Origin: Amphiscolops sp. MND2022
Lineage: Eukaryota
Length of the DNA: 64,000 bases
Assembly: GCA_964187785.1 (NCBI GenBank)
Contig: OZ076410.1
Coordinates: 26,722,001-26,786,000 of the forward strand
Direction of reading: 5' to 3'
Numbering within the stretch: the stretch's first letter is position 1; the number at the start of each line of letters is the position of its first letter. Shown here piece after piece: positions 52,840 to 64,000 of this stretch. The notes under the pieces were generated by a model. The model was given only the letters and a program-made list of their open reading frames with translations. It was not told the origin of the DNA and ran no database searches. The translations under genes and the position numbers were made by a program.

Positions 52840-53750
52840 ATGTCTGACTTTTCTGAAACATTCCCTTTGGACTTCCAGGGCGTTGCTCAATCTGTTGGAG
52901 CTCCTGCAATAAAATACATTTCAAGCGACGAAGGCGAGAGAATGGATTCCTTCGACGGTGACTCAGGGACGACGTCTACGTCTCATCTGAAGAAGAAACG
53001 CTGGATATCGAAATTATGGCCAGATGCATAGAGAGACAAATGACTGAACCCATTGCTATTCCCAACGCTGAGACATCAGGTACTCAAGCTAGGTGCGGGA
53101 CACCTAAGCCAGATTTGCCGCCCTTCCCTACATTTACACAACAGTTTTTCAACCTGGGTATGGGCAACGGACCTATTGGACGGGATGACCGAATTGACCC
53201 AATCATCCCATTAATATTTGCATACGACCTACGACCTAATATTGATACCCTAATGTTGCCACCGCCAGAAGATCAGGGACCAGCCTACGAACAAGATATA
53301 CCGAGTTGCTCTTACTCGGCAAGCTCTACTTCAGTCGAGACTGTCGCAAATCACTTCAATGATATGACAGTGTCTGGAAACGCTGACCTGTTGGGCTGTT
53401 CAGACTGCGTGGTTTGTGGGAAGCCAGTTCAACAAATACAGGATGAAGCAACTATTGACTATCTCGACAAAACGGTTGTTCCAGGCGAGACGTTAGCTGA
53501 AACCGAGAGAAGAAAGAGAGCTTTCTTGGACGGTATGGCTGCTGGCACGTTTTTACTCGTGCCAGGGGGAGTGTCGCAGGCGGCCGCCTGCGATGCTAAC
53601 TGGTACACGGTCGCATATGGTTATTGCAGGGCCCTACCCGGAACAATTCCGCTGAACGGGTTAGAAAGTCTCTGGAAGACAGGTGACGGAGTTCGGCTGT
53701 ACGCATTATTGGTAGTTGTGTCCAATCAGTATCTTTGGGAAGATCTTTGA
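52840..53750 (+). CDS. Sense accessory ORF (ORF3), copy 1; unknown function
   Basis: 244-aa ORF 53016-53750 plus an acidic N-terminal piece from 52840 one frameshift away; C-x2-C-x2-C motif; reads through the PPT and U3. Confidence 0.55.
53564..53571 (+). promoter_or_regulatory. PPT of element D (copies at 58764-58771 and 63965-63972)
   Basis: AGGGGGAG directly before TGTCGC, the LTR start. Confidence 0.75.
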
Positions 53751-56660
53751 TCAAAAGAGACCGGTAGCAAAGCTTGCGAACAGAGCAGTTCAATTGGCCG
53801 AAGGTGAAGAATCCTGAGTCTCGGTGGCCAACTAGGCTCCTCTCGAAGCACACATTGTCTAAACAAACAAATGGACGTTTAGGCTATTAGACATCTATGT
53901 GAAAGGATACGATTTGCCACCTAAGAAATTTTCCTCCAATATTGGAAGGATATTTACAATCATATACAAGCCTCCCGTAGAATTCCAACTTGATAGGGAA
54001 GAATCTAATAATTTGCCACTCGAGAATCTGAGGCTGAAAAGGCACAGTAACTTGGTGAAAATTCTTAGAACAAAAGTATCAGATGCATACATAAGATCAT
54101 TTAGTAACATTATTCTTGACTCCCAGCATCTCATATGTTGGCGCGATTCTAGTAATATGATCCAAAAACGGCCCCCAGTTAGTGATGATTTCGGAACGAT
54201 TAGTTGGAATGGAGCGCATCCGTAAATCACAACTGATGATAGCCTAGAAACAACAAAGTTTAGCACGAAGAAGGAAATACATGCAGGAAATGTCGAGGGT
54301 TAACAAGACCAACCTTGGCAAGCTCAGGAGTGCGGACGATCCAAGGCTCATCGAGGCTTCCGGCGAGGAAGGCTACCAATTATTTGAGCTGGGTGTAAAT
54401 GTCATTGAGCACAAACACACTTCCCTCTCTCTTCCGCATCAGACTATGTAGTGACAGGACGTTGTAACGGAATGGGTACTCTATTCCTTTTGACAATAAG
54501 GACGATTGCTCGACTGTTTGCAGAACATCGGATGTACATCCCGACATACACACCATCTGGGGTGATTTCGATAAGAAGGAGAAAAGGCGTGCTACTGCGA
54601 GTAATTGGTTTCGGGCAAGGTGTGAGTTGGGGCTGTGGCGAGCAAGTTGGACTTTGACAAGTCTGTCGGCCTTCTAGTATCGAAGAGAAGCGACTTCATG
54701 TGTTCCCTGTTGTTCGAATTCCAGTGAATATAGACCAGTCTCATTCACGGATAACGCTATGTCCTCGATGCCACGCAGGAAGACATGGTGGAAGATAGCC
54801 TGAAAGAATACAAGTAAATTGGAGTAATTACGTACCAGCTTCATGACTTAAATGTCAACCTCTAACTGTGCCATCCTATCAACCTGAAGGAAAAGGAGAA
54901 GGGAATGGAACATCTGCTTACCGTGATCATGGTAGAGCTCCAGTCGAGGTCGCCGAACATTTCCTGGTGGTTAGTGAAGTTTCTCACCTCCGTCCAAAGT
55001 CCTTCTAAGACGCTGAGATTGCCAAAATGTGGTACAAAGCGGGCAATGAGTGATATCTGGGTGCCAATCCGGACATCCTCAGGATTTGAAAGTCCCCAAC
55101 CCCAGCCATGTACTCTTCGTAAAAAGGAAAGCGTGGTCCGATGTCCATCAGTGGAGCAAATTCAAAGAGCGGTTTTTCCTTTTCAAGCTCGATCGCCGAT
55201 AGAATGTGTCCATCTCGGCCTCTAACAGCATGAACGGTTACTCCGGGGATTTTGTCAAACTTGCCCAAGTGCTCATAGCGCCATCTCTGGTCCCCTCTCA
55301 AATGAGCTTCCGATTGATAATGCCTGACAATTTCCCTAGCCCCTTTGGAATAACTCGACACGTTCGTTTTGCAAAATTGACAGTAAATTTTATGATTATT
55401 GTGGATAGGGTCTAACAGGACAGTAACAAACACCCTCGTCCACTGGATGCCTTTAAAATAGGCTGGCTTCATTACTTTCCCCGGTCGGCTCATCAGTCTA
55501 CGCTTTTTGCGTGGGGGACTTGACACAGCGCCCTGTGGAGCAGTTTGAGCTTGAATGGTAGATAGTGGCTGGTAATCACCCTCGCTGTAGCCAGGGCTAG
55601 GGACAGTATAGTAACTACCGCCGGGAAGAGACTCTCCTTCCATGGGTCCGCCGGGCAACTCTTGGGTAGATTTTGCTGGCCCCGATTGAGCACCTGAACC
55701 GAACCCAGCAATCCCAATCTCCTCATCTGAGGCCAGGGCCCCACTGGTGTATCCATCGGTAGTGTAACCTTCGCTGTCAGTCTCGATCTCAGAGGTGGCA
55801 GGCTTAGCCTTGAAGGGACTTTCTCCTCCAATCAATGCCTTGCGAAATCGTGCTGGTGGTTGTCCCTTTCCTCCGTAAACGGCCTGGAGGACGAGCGCAC
55901 GCATGCTGTGCAAGGATGTTCTGACCGCTTCATCTGAGATACATTTAAGAACAGCATGGATCTGTGGTTCACTAAAGGCCACTGTTGTATAACCTAGTGA
56001 GAGTTCGACGGGATTAGTAGTAGTTTGCGCAATAGAGCTCGTCCATTTGGCGACATTGGTTCAGGAATTTTCGGGCAACTACTTTGAATATCAGGTTCGG
56101 CCTCCTTGCTAACTGCATTGCGCTGTTCTGGCTCCTCTCCTTCCACTGATGAATTGAGATTCATGTCGACAATGCTGGAGGTGGGCCTATTCAACAGTCC
56201 ATCGACCCCTGTGCTGTCTTACAGATCTTCCTTATTCACTGGCATCGGTTTCAAAATAATTCTTCACCCGATCCTGTGTCCAATCTATTGAAAGAGCATC
56301 AATTTGACTGAAGATGCCTTGCTCCTTAGGGTCGCCTTGATGTTTTCCTTGATGGCTTGTCTCAAGCGCTTCAGACTCCGAGGCCTTTGCTAGCTCTGTC
56401 TCGAGTTCTTTTGATTGCGGGACCTGTGTCGTCGTTGACAAGAAGGTGATGTCTAAACTAGGGTCATTGGTTGCAAGGGAGAGCAAGGTATTATCAACAT
56501 AAACAGAAAAGCTCTCTTCGGCACCACTGCTGGATGACATATTGGATGCCGGACGAAGGTCTGTGTTTTCACCACTAGTAGCAGTCGGTTGTTCCTCCAC
56601 AGTTTCTGGAGTTTTATCCAAGAAAGGTGTTTTCACAATAGAGTGATCTTCTGACGACAT
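53654..56660 (-). pseudogene. Antisense hAT-like gene, copy 2 (C-terminally truncated at the array junction)
   Basis: ORFs 56232-56660, 55994-56194, 55005-55982 (325 aa; YCQFCKTNVSSYSKGAREIVRHYQSEAH at 55302-55385), 53895-54266 and 53596-53853. Confidence 0.65.
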
Positions 56661-56662
56661 TC

Positions 56663-56859
56663 CTGAAAGGAAAGAAGAAATTTAGCGGACAAACTTCCTA
56701 AATTTGAAATCCCTTGTGCCGCCTTAAATGCTTCCGGAAGTAAGAAAGTATTCAAAATGAAACACGTGAAATATGTGTTTATTGGGACAGGAAGTACGTG
56801 AACCGATTTGGACCCTGATCAAGTTCATTTCTGTTCAAATCAAAGTAGGAAACACCTAC
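56663..56859 (-). other. Candidate 197-bp 5'-UTR intron of the antisense gene (also 51905-52101 and 61863-62059)
   Basis: Donor G|GTAGGT; acceptor CTAAATTTCTTCTTTCCTTTCAG|GAATG, ending 2 nt before the ATG. Confidence 0.55.
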
Positions 56860-58039
56860 CGCTTTGTGGTTAAATCCGAGGTTATGGCCGGTTGGATCAC
56901 AGGGGTTTTGGAGAATTGCGGAATTGGTGTGAGGAGATGTATTAGAATGCCGGAAAGCAGTCTAAAATGCAGGAAGACAGCTATCCAATGTATCCAAGTG
57001 AAGACCACAAGAATGAGAATGTTGTAACTTTGTCAACAACTCTGTATGTATTTGATAGATATGACGGCGGAAAGCTCTGGTGTTCAAAAGTGTAGGGCGT
57101 CAAAAATCTGCACGTGAAGAGAATTGAAATTGGCTGGGAGTTGTCAATGGGGACCTGGAGTCGATTGTCCCGGGAAAAATCCACAAGGGAAGGGGCGATT
57201 GGACACTGAGTCCCAAGAGGAAGACTATGTTAAAGTGGAGTATAAATAAATATAAAGAGAACCTAATTGTCGAACTATCGGCTAAATAGTGATAATGACA
57301 ATGATTAAATACTGGGTAATACAAGTGAAGAAGAAAATGGAAGAATTTATTATAAAGGAAATGAAAGTTGAATCAGCAGTGTGACAAGATGTCAAAATTG
57401 GAGTTCGTGGCTATACAGTTTGGTGTCAACTTTGTTGTTATTTACAATTTACAGCATTATGTGGATAAAGTCTGCCAGCGGTATCTACATCATTTCATTT
57501 ATTTCGAAAACTTTGTTATTTTTGAGAAATTTTTCATGATTTTATCATTCTTTTATTTCGTTTCAAAGTCACTTTTTATTATTCCTTATATGACTTGGGA
57601 AGCCATTTTAACTGGGGAGGAATTTTGCTGCATTCCTATTGGTTGATCAGATTGATGGTGGACGGCGTGGCTGATTGCCATATCTTCACCTACTTGAAAC
57701 TCTCAAGTACCTGATGAGTGTTAATAAACACTTGTAGTAACACTCCTAGCTTGAGAGTGCTAGCATAACTGATGATGAGTAACAAAGTAATTGTCGGCAG
57801 ATATGAAGAGACTTAGCGGCTTGATGAAAGGTTTTAAGAAGGAAAATTTTGTTTATTGAAATATTTCCAGACGGGAAACGAAACAGAAAACCCGGGAAAA
57901 AAATCGTGATATTGTGAAAATCCCGCGAGGCGAAGGATCGCCATTCGTACGATTTTAACCGCTCAAGTCAGCTGCCTCCGAACCCCAAAATACTAAAGTT
58001 CTTTCCAAAATTGCCAAAAAAATAACAAAAGCTAGATTC

Positions 58040-58950
58040 ATGTCTGACTTTTCTGAAACATTCCCTTTGGACTTCCTGGGCGCTGCTCAATCTGTTGGAG
58101 CTCCTGCAATAAAATACATTTCAAGCGACGAAGGCGAGAGAATGTATTCCTTCGACGGTGACTCAGGGACGGCGTCTACGTCTCATCTGAAGAAGAAACG
58201 CTGGATATCGAAATTATGGCGAGATGCATAGAGAGACAAATGACCGAACCCATTGCTATTCCCAACGCTGAGACATCAGGTACTCAAGCTAGGTGCGGGA
58301 CACCTAAGCCAGATTTGCCGCCCTTCCCTACATTTACACAACAGTTTTTCAACCTGGGTATGGGCAACGGACCTATTGGACGGGATGACCGAATTGACCC
58401 AATCATCCCATTAATATTTTCATACGACCTACGACCTAATATTGATACCCTAATGTTGCCACCGCCAGAAGATAAGGGACCAGTCTACGAACAAGATATA
58501 CCGAGTTGCTCTTACTCGGCAAGCTCTACTTCAGTCGAGACTGTCGCAAATCACTTCAATGATATGACAGTGTCTGGAAACGCTGACCTGTTGGGCTGTT
58601 CAGACTGCGTGGTTTGTGGGAAGCCAGTTCAACAAATACAGGATGAAGCAACTATTGACTATCTCGACAAAACGGTTGTTCCAGGCGAGACGTTAGCTGA
58701 AACCGAGAGAAGAAAGAGAGCTTTCTTGGACGGTATGGCTGCTGGCACGTTTTTACTCGTGCCAGGGGGAGTGTCGCAGGCGGCCGCCTGCGATGCTAAC
58801 TGGTACACGGTCGCATATGGTTATTGCAGGGCCCTACCCGGAACAATTCCGCTGAACGGGTTAGAAAGTCTCTGGAAGACAGGTGACGGAGTTCGGCTGT
58901 ACGCATTATTGGTAGTTGTGTCCAATCAGTATCTTTGGGAAGATCTTTGA
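58040..58950 (+). CDS. ORF3, copy 2
   Basis: Near-identical to 52840-53750 with the same frameshift. Confidence 0.55.
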
Positions 58951-61860
58951 TCAAAAGAGACCGGTAGCAAAGCTTGCGAACAGAGCAGTTCAATTGGCCG
59001 AAGGTGAAGAATCCTGAGTCTCGGTGGCCAACTAGGCTCCTCTCGAAGCACACATTGTCTAAACAAACAAATGGACGTTTAGGCTATTAGACATCTATGT
59101 GAAAGGATACGATTTGCCACCTAAGAAATTTTCCTCCAATATTGGAAGGATATTTACAATCATATACAAGCCTCCCGTAGAATTCCAACTTGATAGGGAA
59201 GAATCTAATAATTTGCCACTCGAGAATCTGAGGCTGAAAAGGCACAGTAACTTGGTGAAAATTCTTAGAACAAAAGTATCAGATGCATACATAAGATCAT
59301 TTAGTAACATTATTCTTGACTCCCAGCATCTCATATGTTGGCGCGATTCTAGTAATATGATCCAAAAACGGCCCCCAGTTAGTGATGATTTCGGAACGAT
59401 TAGTTGGAATGGAGCGCATCCGTAAATCACAACTGATGATAGCCTAGAAAAAACAAAGTTTAGCACGAAGAAGGAAATACATGCAGGAAATGTCGAGGGT
59501 TAACAAGACCAACCTTGGCAAGCTCAGGAGTGCGGACGATCCAAGGCTCATCGAGGCTTCCGGCGAGGAAGGCTACCAATTATTTGAGCTGGGTGTAAAT
59601 GTCATTGCGCACAAACACACTTCCCTCTCTTTTCCGCATCAGACTATGTAGTGACAGGACGTTGTAACGGAATGGGTACTCTATTCCTTTTGACAATAAG
59701 GACGATTGCTCGACTGTTTGCAGAACATCGGATGTACATCCCGACATACACACCATCTGGGGTGATTTCGATAAGAAGGAGAAAAGGCGTGCTACTGCGA
59801 GTAATTGGTTTCGGGCAAGGTGTGAGTTGGGGCTGTGGCGAGCAAGTTGGACTTTGACAAGTCTGTCGGCCTTCTAGTATCGAAGAGAAGCGACTTCATG
59901 TGTTCCCTGTTGTTCGAATTCCAGTGAATATAGACCAGTCTCATTCACGGATAACGCTATGTCCTCGATGCCACGCAGGAAGACATGGTGGAAGATAGCC
60001 TGAAAGAATACAAGTAAATTGGAGTAATTACGTACCAGCTTCATGACTTAAATGTCAACCTCTAACTGTGCCATCCTATCAACCTGAAGGAAAAGGAGAA
60101 GGGAATGGAACATCTGCTTACCGTGATCATGGTAGAGCTCCAGTCGAGGTCGCCGAACATTTCCTGGTGGTTAGTGAAGTTTCTCACCTCCGTCCAAAGT
60201 CCTTCTAAGACGCTGAGATTGCCAAAATGTGGTACAAAGCGGGCAATGAGTGATATCTGGGTGCCAATCCGGACATCCTCAGGATTTGAAAGTCCCCAAC
60301 CCCAGCCATGTACTCTTCGTAAAAAGGAAAGCGTGGTCCGATGTCCATCAGTGGAGCAAATTCAAAGAGCGGTTTTTCCTTTTCAAGCTCGATCGCCGAT
60401 AGAATGTGTCCATCTCGGCCTCTAACAGCATGAACGGTTACTCCGGGGATTTTGTCAAACTTGCCCAAGTGCTCATAGCGCCATCTCTGGTCCCCTCTCA
60501 AATGAGCTTCGGATTGATAATGCCTGACAATTTCCCTAGCCCCTTTGGAATAACTCGACACGTTCGTTTTGCAAAATTGACAGTAAATTTTATGATTATT
60601 GTGGATAGGGTCTAACAGGACAGTAACAAACACCCTCGTCCACTGGATGCCTTTAAAATAGGCTGGCTTCATTACTTTCCCCGGTCGGCTCATCAGTCTA
60701 CGCTTTTTGCGTGGGGGACTTGACACAGCGCCCTGTGGAGCAGTTTGAGCTTGAATGGTAGATAGTGGCTGGTAATCACCCTCGCTGTAGCCAGGGCTAG
60801 GGACAGTATAGTAACTACCGCCGGGAAGAGACTCTCCTTCCATGGGTCCGCCGGGCAACTCTTGGGTAGATTTTGCTGGCCCCGATTGAGCACCTGAACC
60901 GAACCCAGCAATCCCAATCTCCTCATCTGAGGCCAGGGCCCCACTGGTGTATCCATCGGTAGTGTAACCTTCGCTGTCAGTCTCGATCTCAGAGGTGGCA
61001 GGCTTAGCCTTGAAGGGACTTTCTCCTCCAATCAATGCCTTGCGAAATCGTGCTGGTGGTTGTCCCTTTCCTCCGTAAACGGCCTGGAGGACGAGCGCAC
61101 GCATGCTGTGCAAGGATGTTCTGACCGCTTCATCTGAGATACATTTAAGAACAGCATGGATCTGTGGTTCACTAAAGGCCACTGTTGTATAACCTAGTGA
61201 GAGTTCGACGGGATTAGTAGTAGTTTGCGCAATAGAGCTCGTCCATTTGGCGACATTGGTTCAGGAATTTTCGGGCAACTACTTTGAATATCAGGTTCGG
61301 CCTCCTTGCTAACTGCATTGCGCTGTTCTGGCTCCTCTCCTTCCACTGATGAATTGAGATTCATGTCGACAATGCTGGAGGTGGGCCTATTCAACAGTCC
61401 ATCGACCCCTGTGCTGTCTTACAGATCTTCCTTATTCACTGGCATCGGTTTCAAAATAATTCTTCACCCGATCCTGTGTCCAATCTATTGAAAGATCATC
61501 AATTTGACTGAAGATGCCTTGCTCCTTAGGGTCGCCTTGATGTTTTCCTTGATGGCTTGTCTCAAGCGCTTCAGACTCCGAGGCCTTTGCTAGCTCTGTC
61601 TCGAGTTCTTTTGATTGCGGGACCTGTGTCGTCGTTGACAAGAAGGTGATGTCTAAACTAGGGTCATTGGTTGCAAGGGAGAGCAAGGTATTATCAACAT
61701 AAACAGAAAAGCTCTCTTCGGCACCACTGCTGGATGACATATTGGATGCCGGACGAAGGTCTGTGTTTTCACCACTAGTAGCAGTCGGTTGTTCCTCCAC
61801 AGTTTCTGGAGTTTTATCCAAGAAAGGTGTTTTCACAATAGAGTGATCTTCTGACGACAT
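58854..61860 (-). pseudogene. Antisense hAT-like gene, copy 3 (truncated)
   Basis: Near-identical to copy 2 (ORF 60205-61182, 325 aa). Confidence 0.65.
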
Positions 61861-63240
61861 TCCTGAAAGGAAAGAAGAAATTTAGCGGACAAACTTCCTA
61901 AATTTGAAATCCCTTGTGCCGCCTTAAATGCTTCCGGAAGTAAGAAAGTATTCAAAATGAAACACGTGAAATATGTGTTTATTGGGACAGGAAGTACGTG
62001 AACCGATTTGGACCCTGATCAAGTTCATTTCTGTTCAAATCAAAGTAGGAAACACCTACCGCTTTGTGGTTAAATCCGAGGTTATGGCCGGTTGGATCAC
62101 AGGGGTTTTGGAGAATTGCGGAATTGGTGTGAGGAGATGTATTAGAATGCCGGAAAGCAGTCTAAAATGCAGGAAGACAGCTATCCAATGTATCCAAGTG
62201 AAGACCACAAGAATGAGAATGTTGTAACTTTGTCAACAACTCTGTATGTATTTGATAGATATGACGGCGGAAAGCTCTGGTGTTCAAAAGTGTAGGGCGT
62301 CAAAAATCTGCACGTGAAGAGAATTGAAATTGGCTGGGAGTTGTCAATGGGGACCTGGAGTCGATTGTCCCGGGAAAAATCCACAAGGGAAGGGGCGATT
62401 GGACACTGAGTCCCAAGAGGAAGACTATGTTAAAGTGGAGTATAAATAAATATAAAGAGAACCTAATTGTCGAACTATCGGCTAAATAGTGATAATGACA
62501 ATGATTAAATACTGGGTAATACAAGTGAAGAAGAAAATGGAAGAATTTATTATAAAGGAAATGAAAGTTGAATCAGCAGTGTGACAAGATGTCAAAATTG
62601 GAGTTCGTGGCTATACAGTTTGGTGTCAAATTTGTTGTTATTTACAATTTACAGCATTATGTGGATAAAGTCTGCCAGCGGTATCTACATCATTTCATTT
62701 ATTTCGAAAACTTCGTTATTTTTGAGAAATTTTTCATGATTTTATCATTCTTTTATTTCGTTTCAAAGTCACTTTTTATTATTCCTTATATGACTTGGGA
62801 AGCCATTTTAACTGGGGAGGAATTTTGCTGCATTCCTATTGGTTGATCAGATTGATGGTGGACGGCGTGGCTGATTGCCATATCTTCACCTACTTGAAAC
62901 TCTCAAGTACCTGATGAGTGTTAATAAACACTTGTAGTAACACTCCTAGCTTGAGAGTGCTAGCATAACTGATGATGAGTAACAAAGTAATTGTCGGCAG
63001 ATATGAAGAGACTTAGCGGCTTGATGAAAGGTTTTAAGAAGGAAAATTTTGTTTATTGAAATATTTCCAGACGGGAAACGAAACAGAAAACCCGGGAAAA
63101 AAATCGTGATATTGTGAAAATCCCGCGAGGCGAAGGATCGCCATTCGTACGATTTTAACCGCTCAAGTCAGCTGCCTCCGAACCCCAAAATACTAAAGTT
63201 CTTTCCAAAATTGCCAAAAAAAATAACAAAAGCTAGATTC

Positions 63241-64000
63241 ATGTCTGACTTTTCTGAAACATTCCCTTTGGAGTTCCTGGGCGCTGCTCAATCTGTTGGA
63301 GCTCCTGCAATAAAATACATTTCAAGCGACGAAGGCGAGAGAATGTATTCCTTCGACGGTGACTCAGGGACGGCGTCTACGTTTCATCTGAAGAAGAAAC
63401 GCTGGATATCGAAATTATGGCGAGATGCATAGAGAGACAAATGACCGAACCCATTGCTATTCCCAACGCTGAGACATCAGGTACTCAAGCTAGGTGCGGG
63501 ACACCTAAGCCAGATTTGCCGCCCTTCCCTACATTTACACAACAGTATTTCAACCTGGGTATGGGCAACGGACCTATTGGACGGGATGACCGAATTGACC
63601 CAATCATCCCATTAATATTTTCATACGACCTACGACCTAATATTGATACCCTAATGTTGCCACCGCCAGAAGATAAGGGACCAGTCTACGAACAAGATAT
63701 ACCGAGTTGCTCTTACTCGGCAAGCTCTACTTCAGTCGAGACTGTCGCAAATCACTTCAATGATATGACAGTGTCTGGAAACGCTGACCTGTTGGGCTGT
63801 TCAGACTGCGTGGTTTGTGGGAAGCCAGTTCAACAAATACAGGATGAAGCAACTATTGACTATCTCGACAAAACGGTTGTTCCAGGCGAGATGTTAGCTG
63901 AAACCGAGAGAAGAAAGAGAGCTTTCTTGGACGGTATGGCTGCTGGCACGTTTTTACTCGTGCCAGGGGGAGTGTCGCAGGCGGCCGCCTGCGATGCTAA
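63241..64000 (+). CDS. ORF3, copy 3 (runs off the window end)
   Basis: Same sequence as copies 1 and 2. Confidence 0.5.

Larger units (their letters stand above)
40351..64000 (+). mobile_element. Ty3/Gypsy element D with accessory 3' region and tandemly amplified cassette; right end outside the window
   Basis: 5' LTR start TGTCGCAGG recurs after a purine tract at 53572, 58772 and 63973; gag with two CCHC-like knuckles, -1 slip site, PR (LIDTGA), RT, RH, INT. Confidence 0.92.
49318..64000 (+). repeat. Head-to-tail tandem array of the 3' accessory cassette plus PPT and 82 bp of U3
   Basis: Units 49318-53653 (4336 bp), 53654-58853 (5200 bp) and 58854 to the window end (period 5201); copies 2 and 3 nearly identical. 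Confidence 0.97.

Noticed and set aside
52840-53750. ORF3 as an envelope gene
   Set aside because: No signal peptide, furin site or transmembrane anchor is evident in the native part.
56073-56495. Copy 1 deletion as precise intron loss
   Set aside because: The boundaries are not GT-AG on either strand; TC microhomology points to an ordinary deletion.
57696-57775. Hammerhead ribozyme or C/D-box snoRNA (GAAAC, CTGATGA, CTGA)
   Set aside because: No stem I between the cleavage triplet and CTGATGA, no GAAA after the stem II candidate, and no terminal stem flanking the C and D boxes.
48200-58040. Antisense gene as an independent nested hAT transposon
   Set aside because: No TIR pair or 8-bp TSD found by eye, and the homologue occupies the same position in element C; not fully excluded without a computed search.

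Overview
Eukaryotic (probably animal, given BEL/Pao elements), transposon-saturated 64-kb window with one 200-N scaffold gap (6486-6685). No rRNA, tRNA or CRISPR array and at most one small candidate host ORF. Contents: a decayed BEL/Pao pol (3.7-6.5 kb); an old minus-strand Gypsy split by a younger structurally complete Gypsy (11252-16703; 217-bp LTRs, GGGGC TSD, PBS, PPT); a decayed LINE split by a 1040-bp solo LTR (AAGGG TSD); two TIR non-autonomous elements with internal satellites; a second BEL/Pao; a hAT 3' fragment; and two related plus-strand Gypsy elements, C (26.2-35.0 kb) and D (40351 to beyond the window end). Main result: C and D both carry, between pol and the 3' LTR, a long antisense ORF that looks hAT-transposase-derived (BED-like Zn finger, TRWxS-like motif, apparently non-catalytic). 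In D this gene has a candidate 5'-UTR intron and is divergent from a sense ORF that reads through the PPT into U3, and the whole accessory cassette plus 82 bp of LTR is tandemly amplified (4336, 5200 and about 5201 bp units). In D and in the solo LTR, a Gag-like ORF begins inside the LTR and the LTR-terminal A is the first base of a codon (completing ATG with the PBS in D). All family assignments are by-eye motif recognition; no database searches were run.
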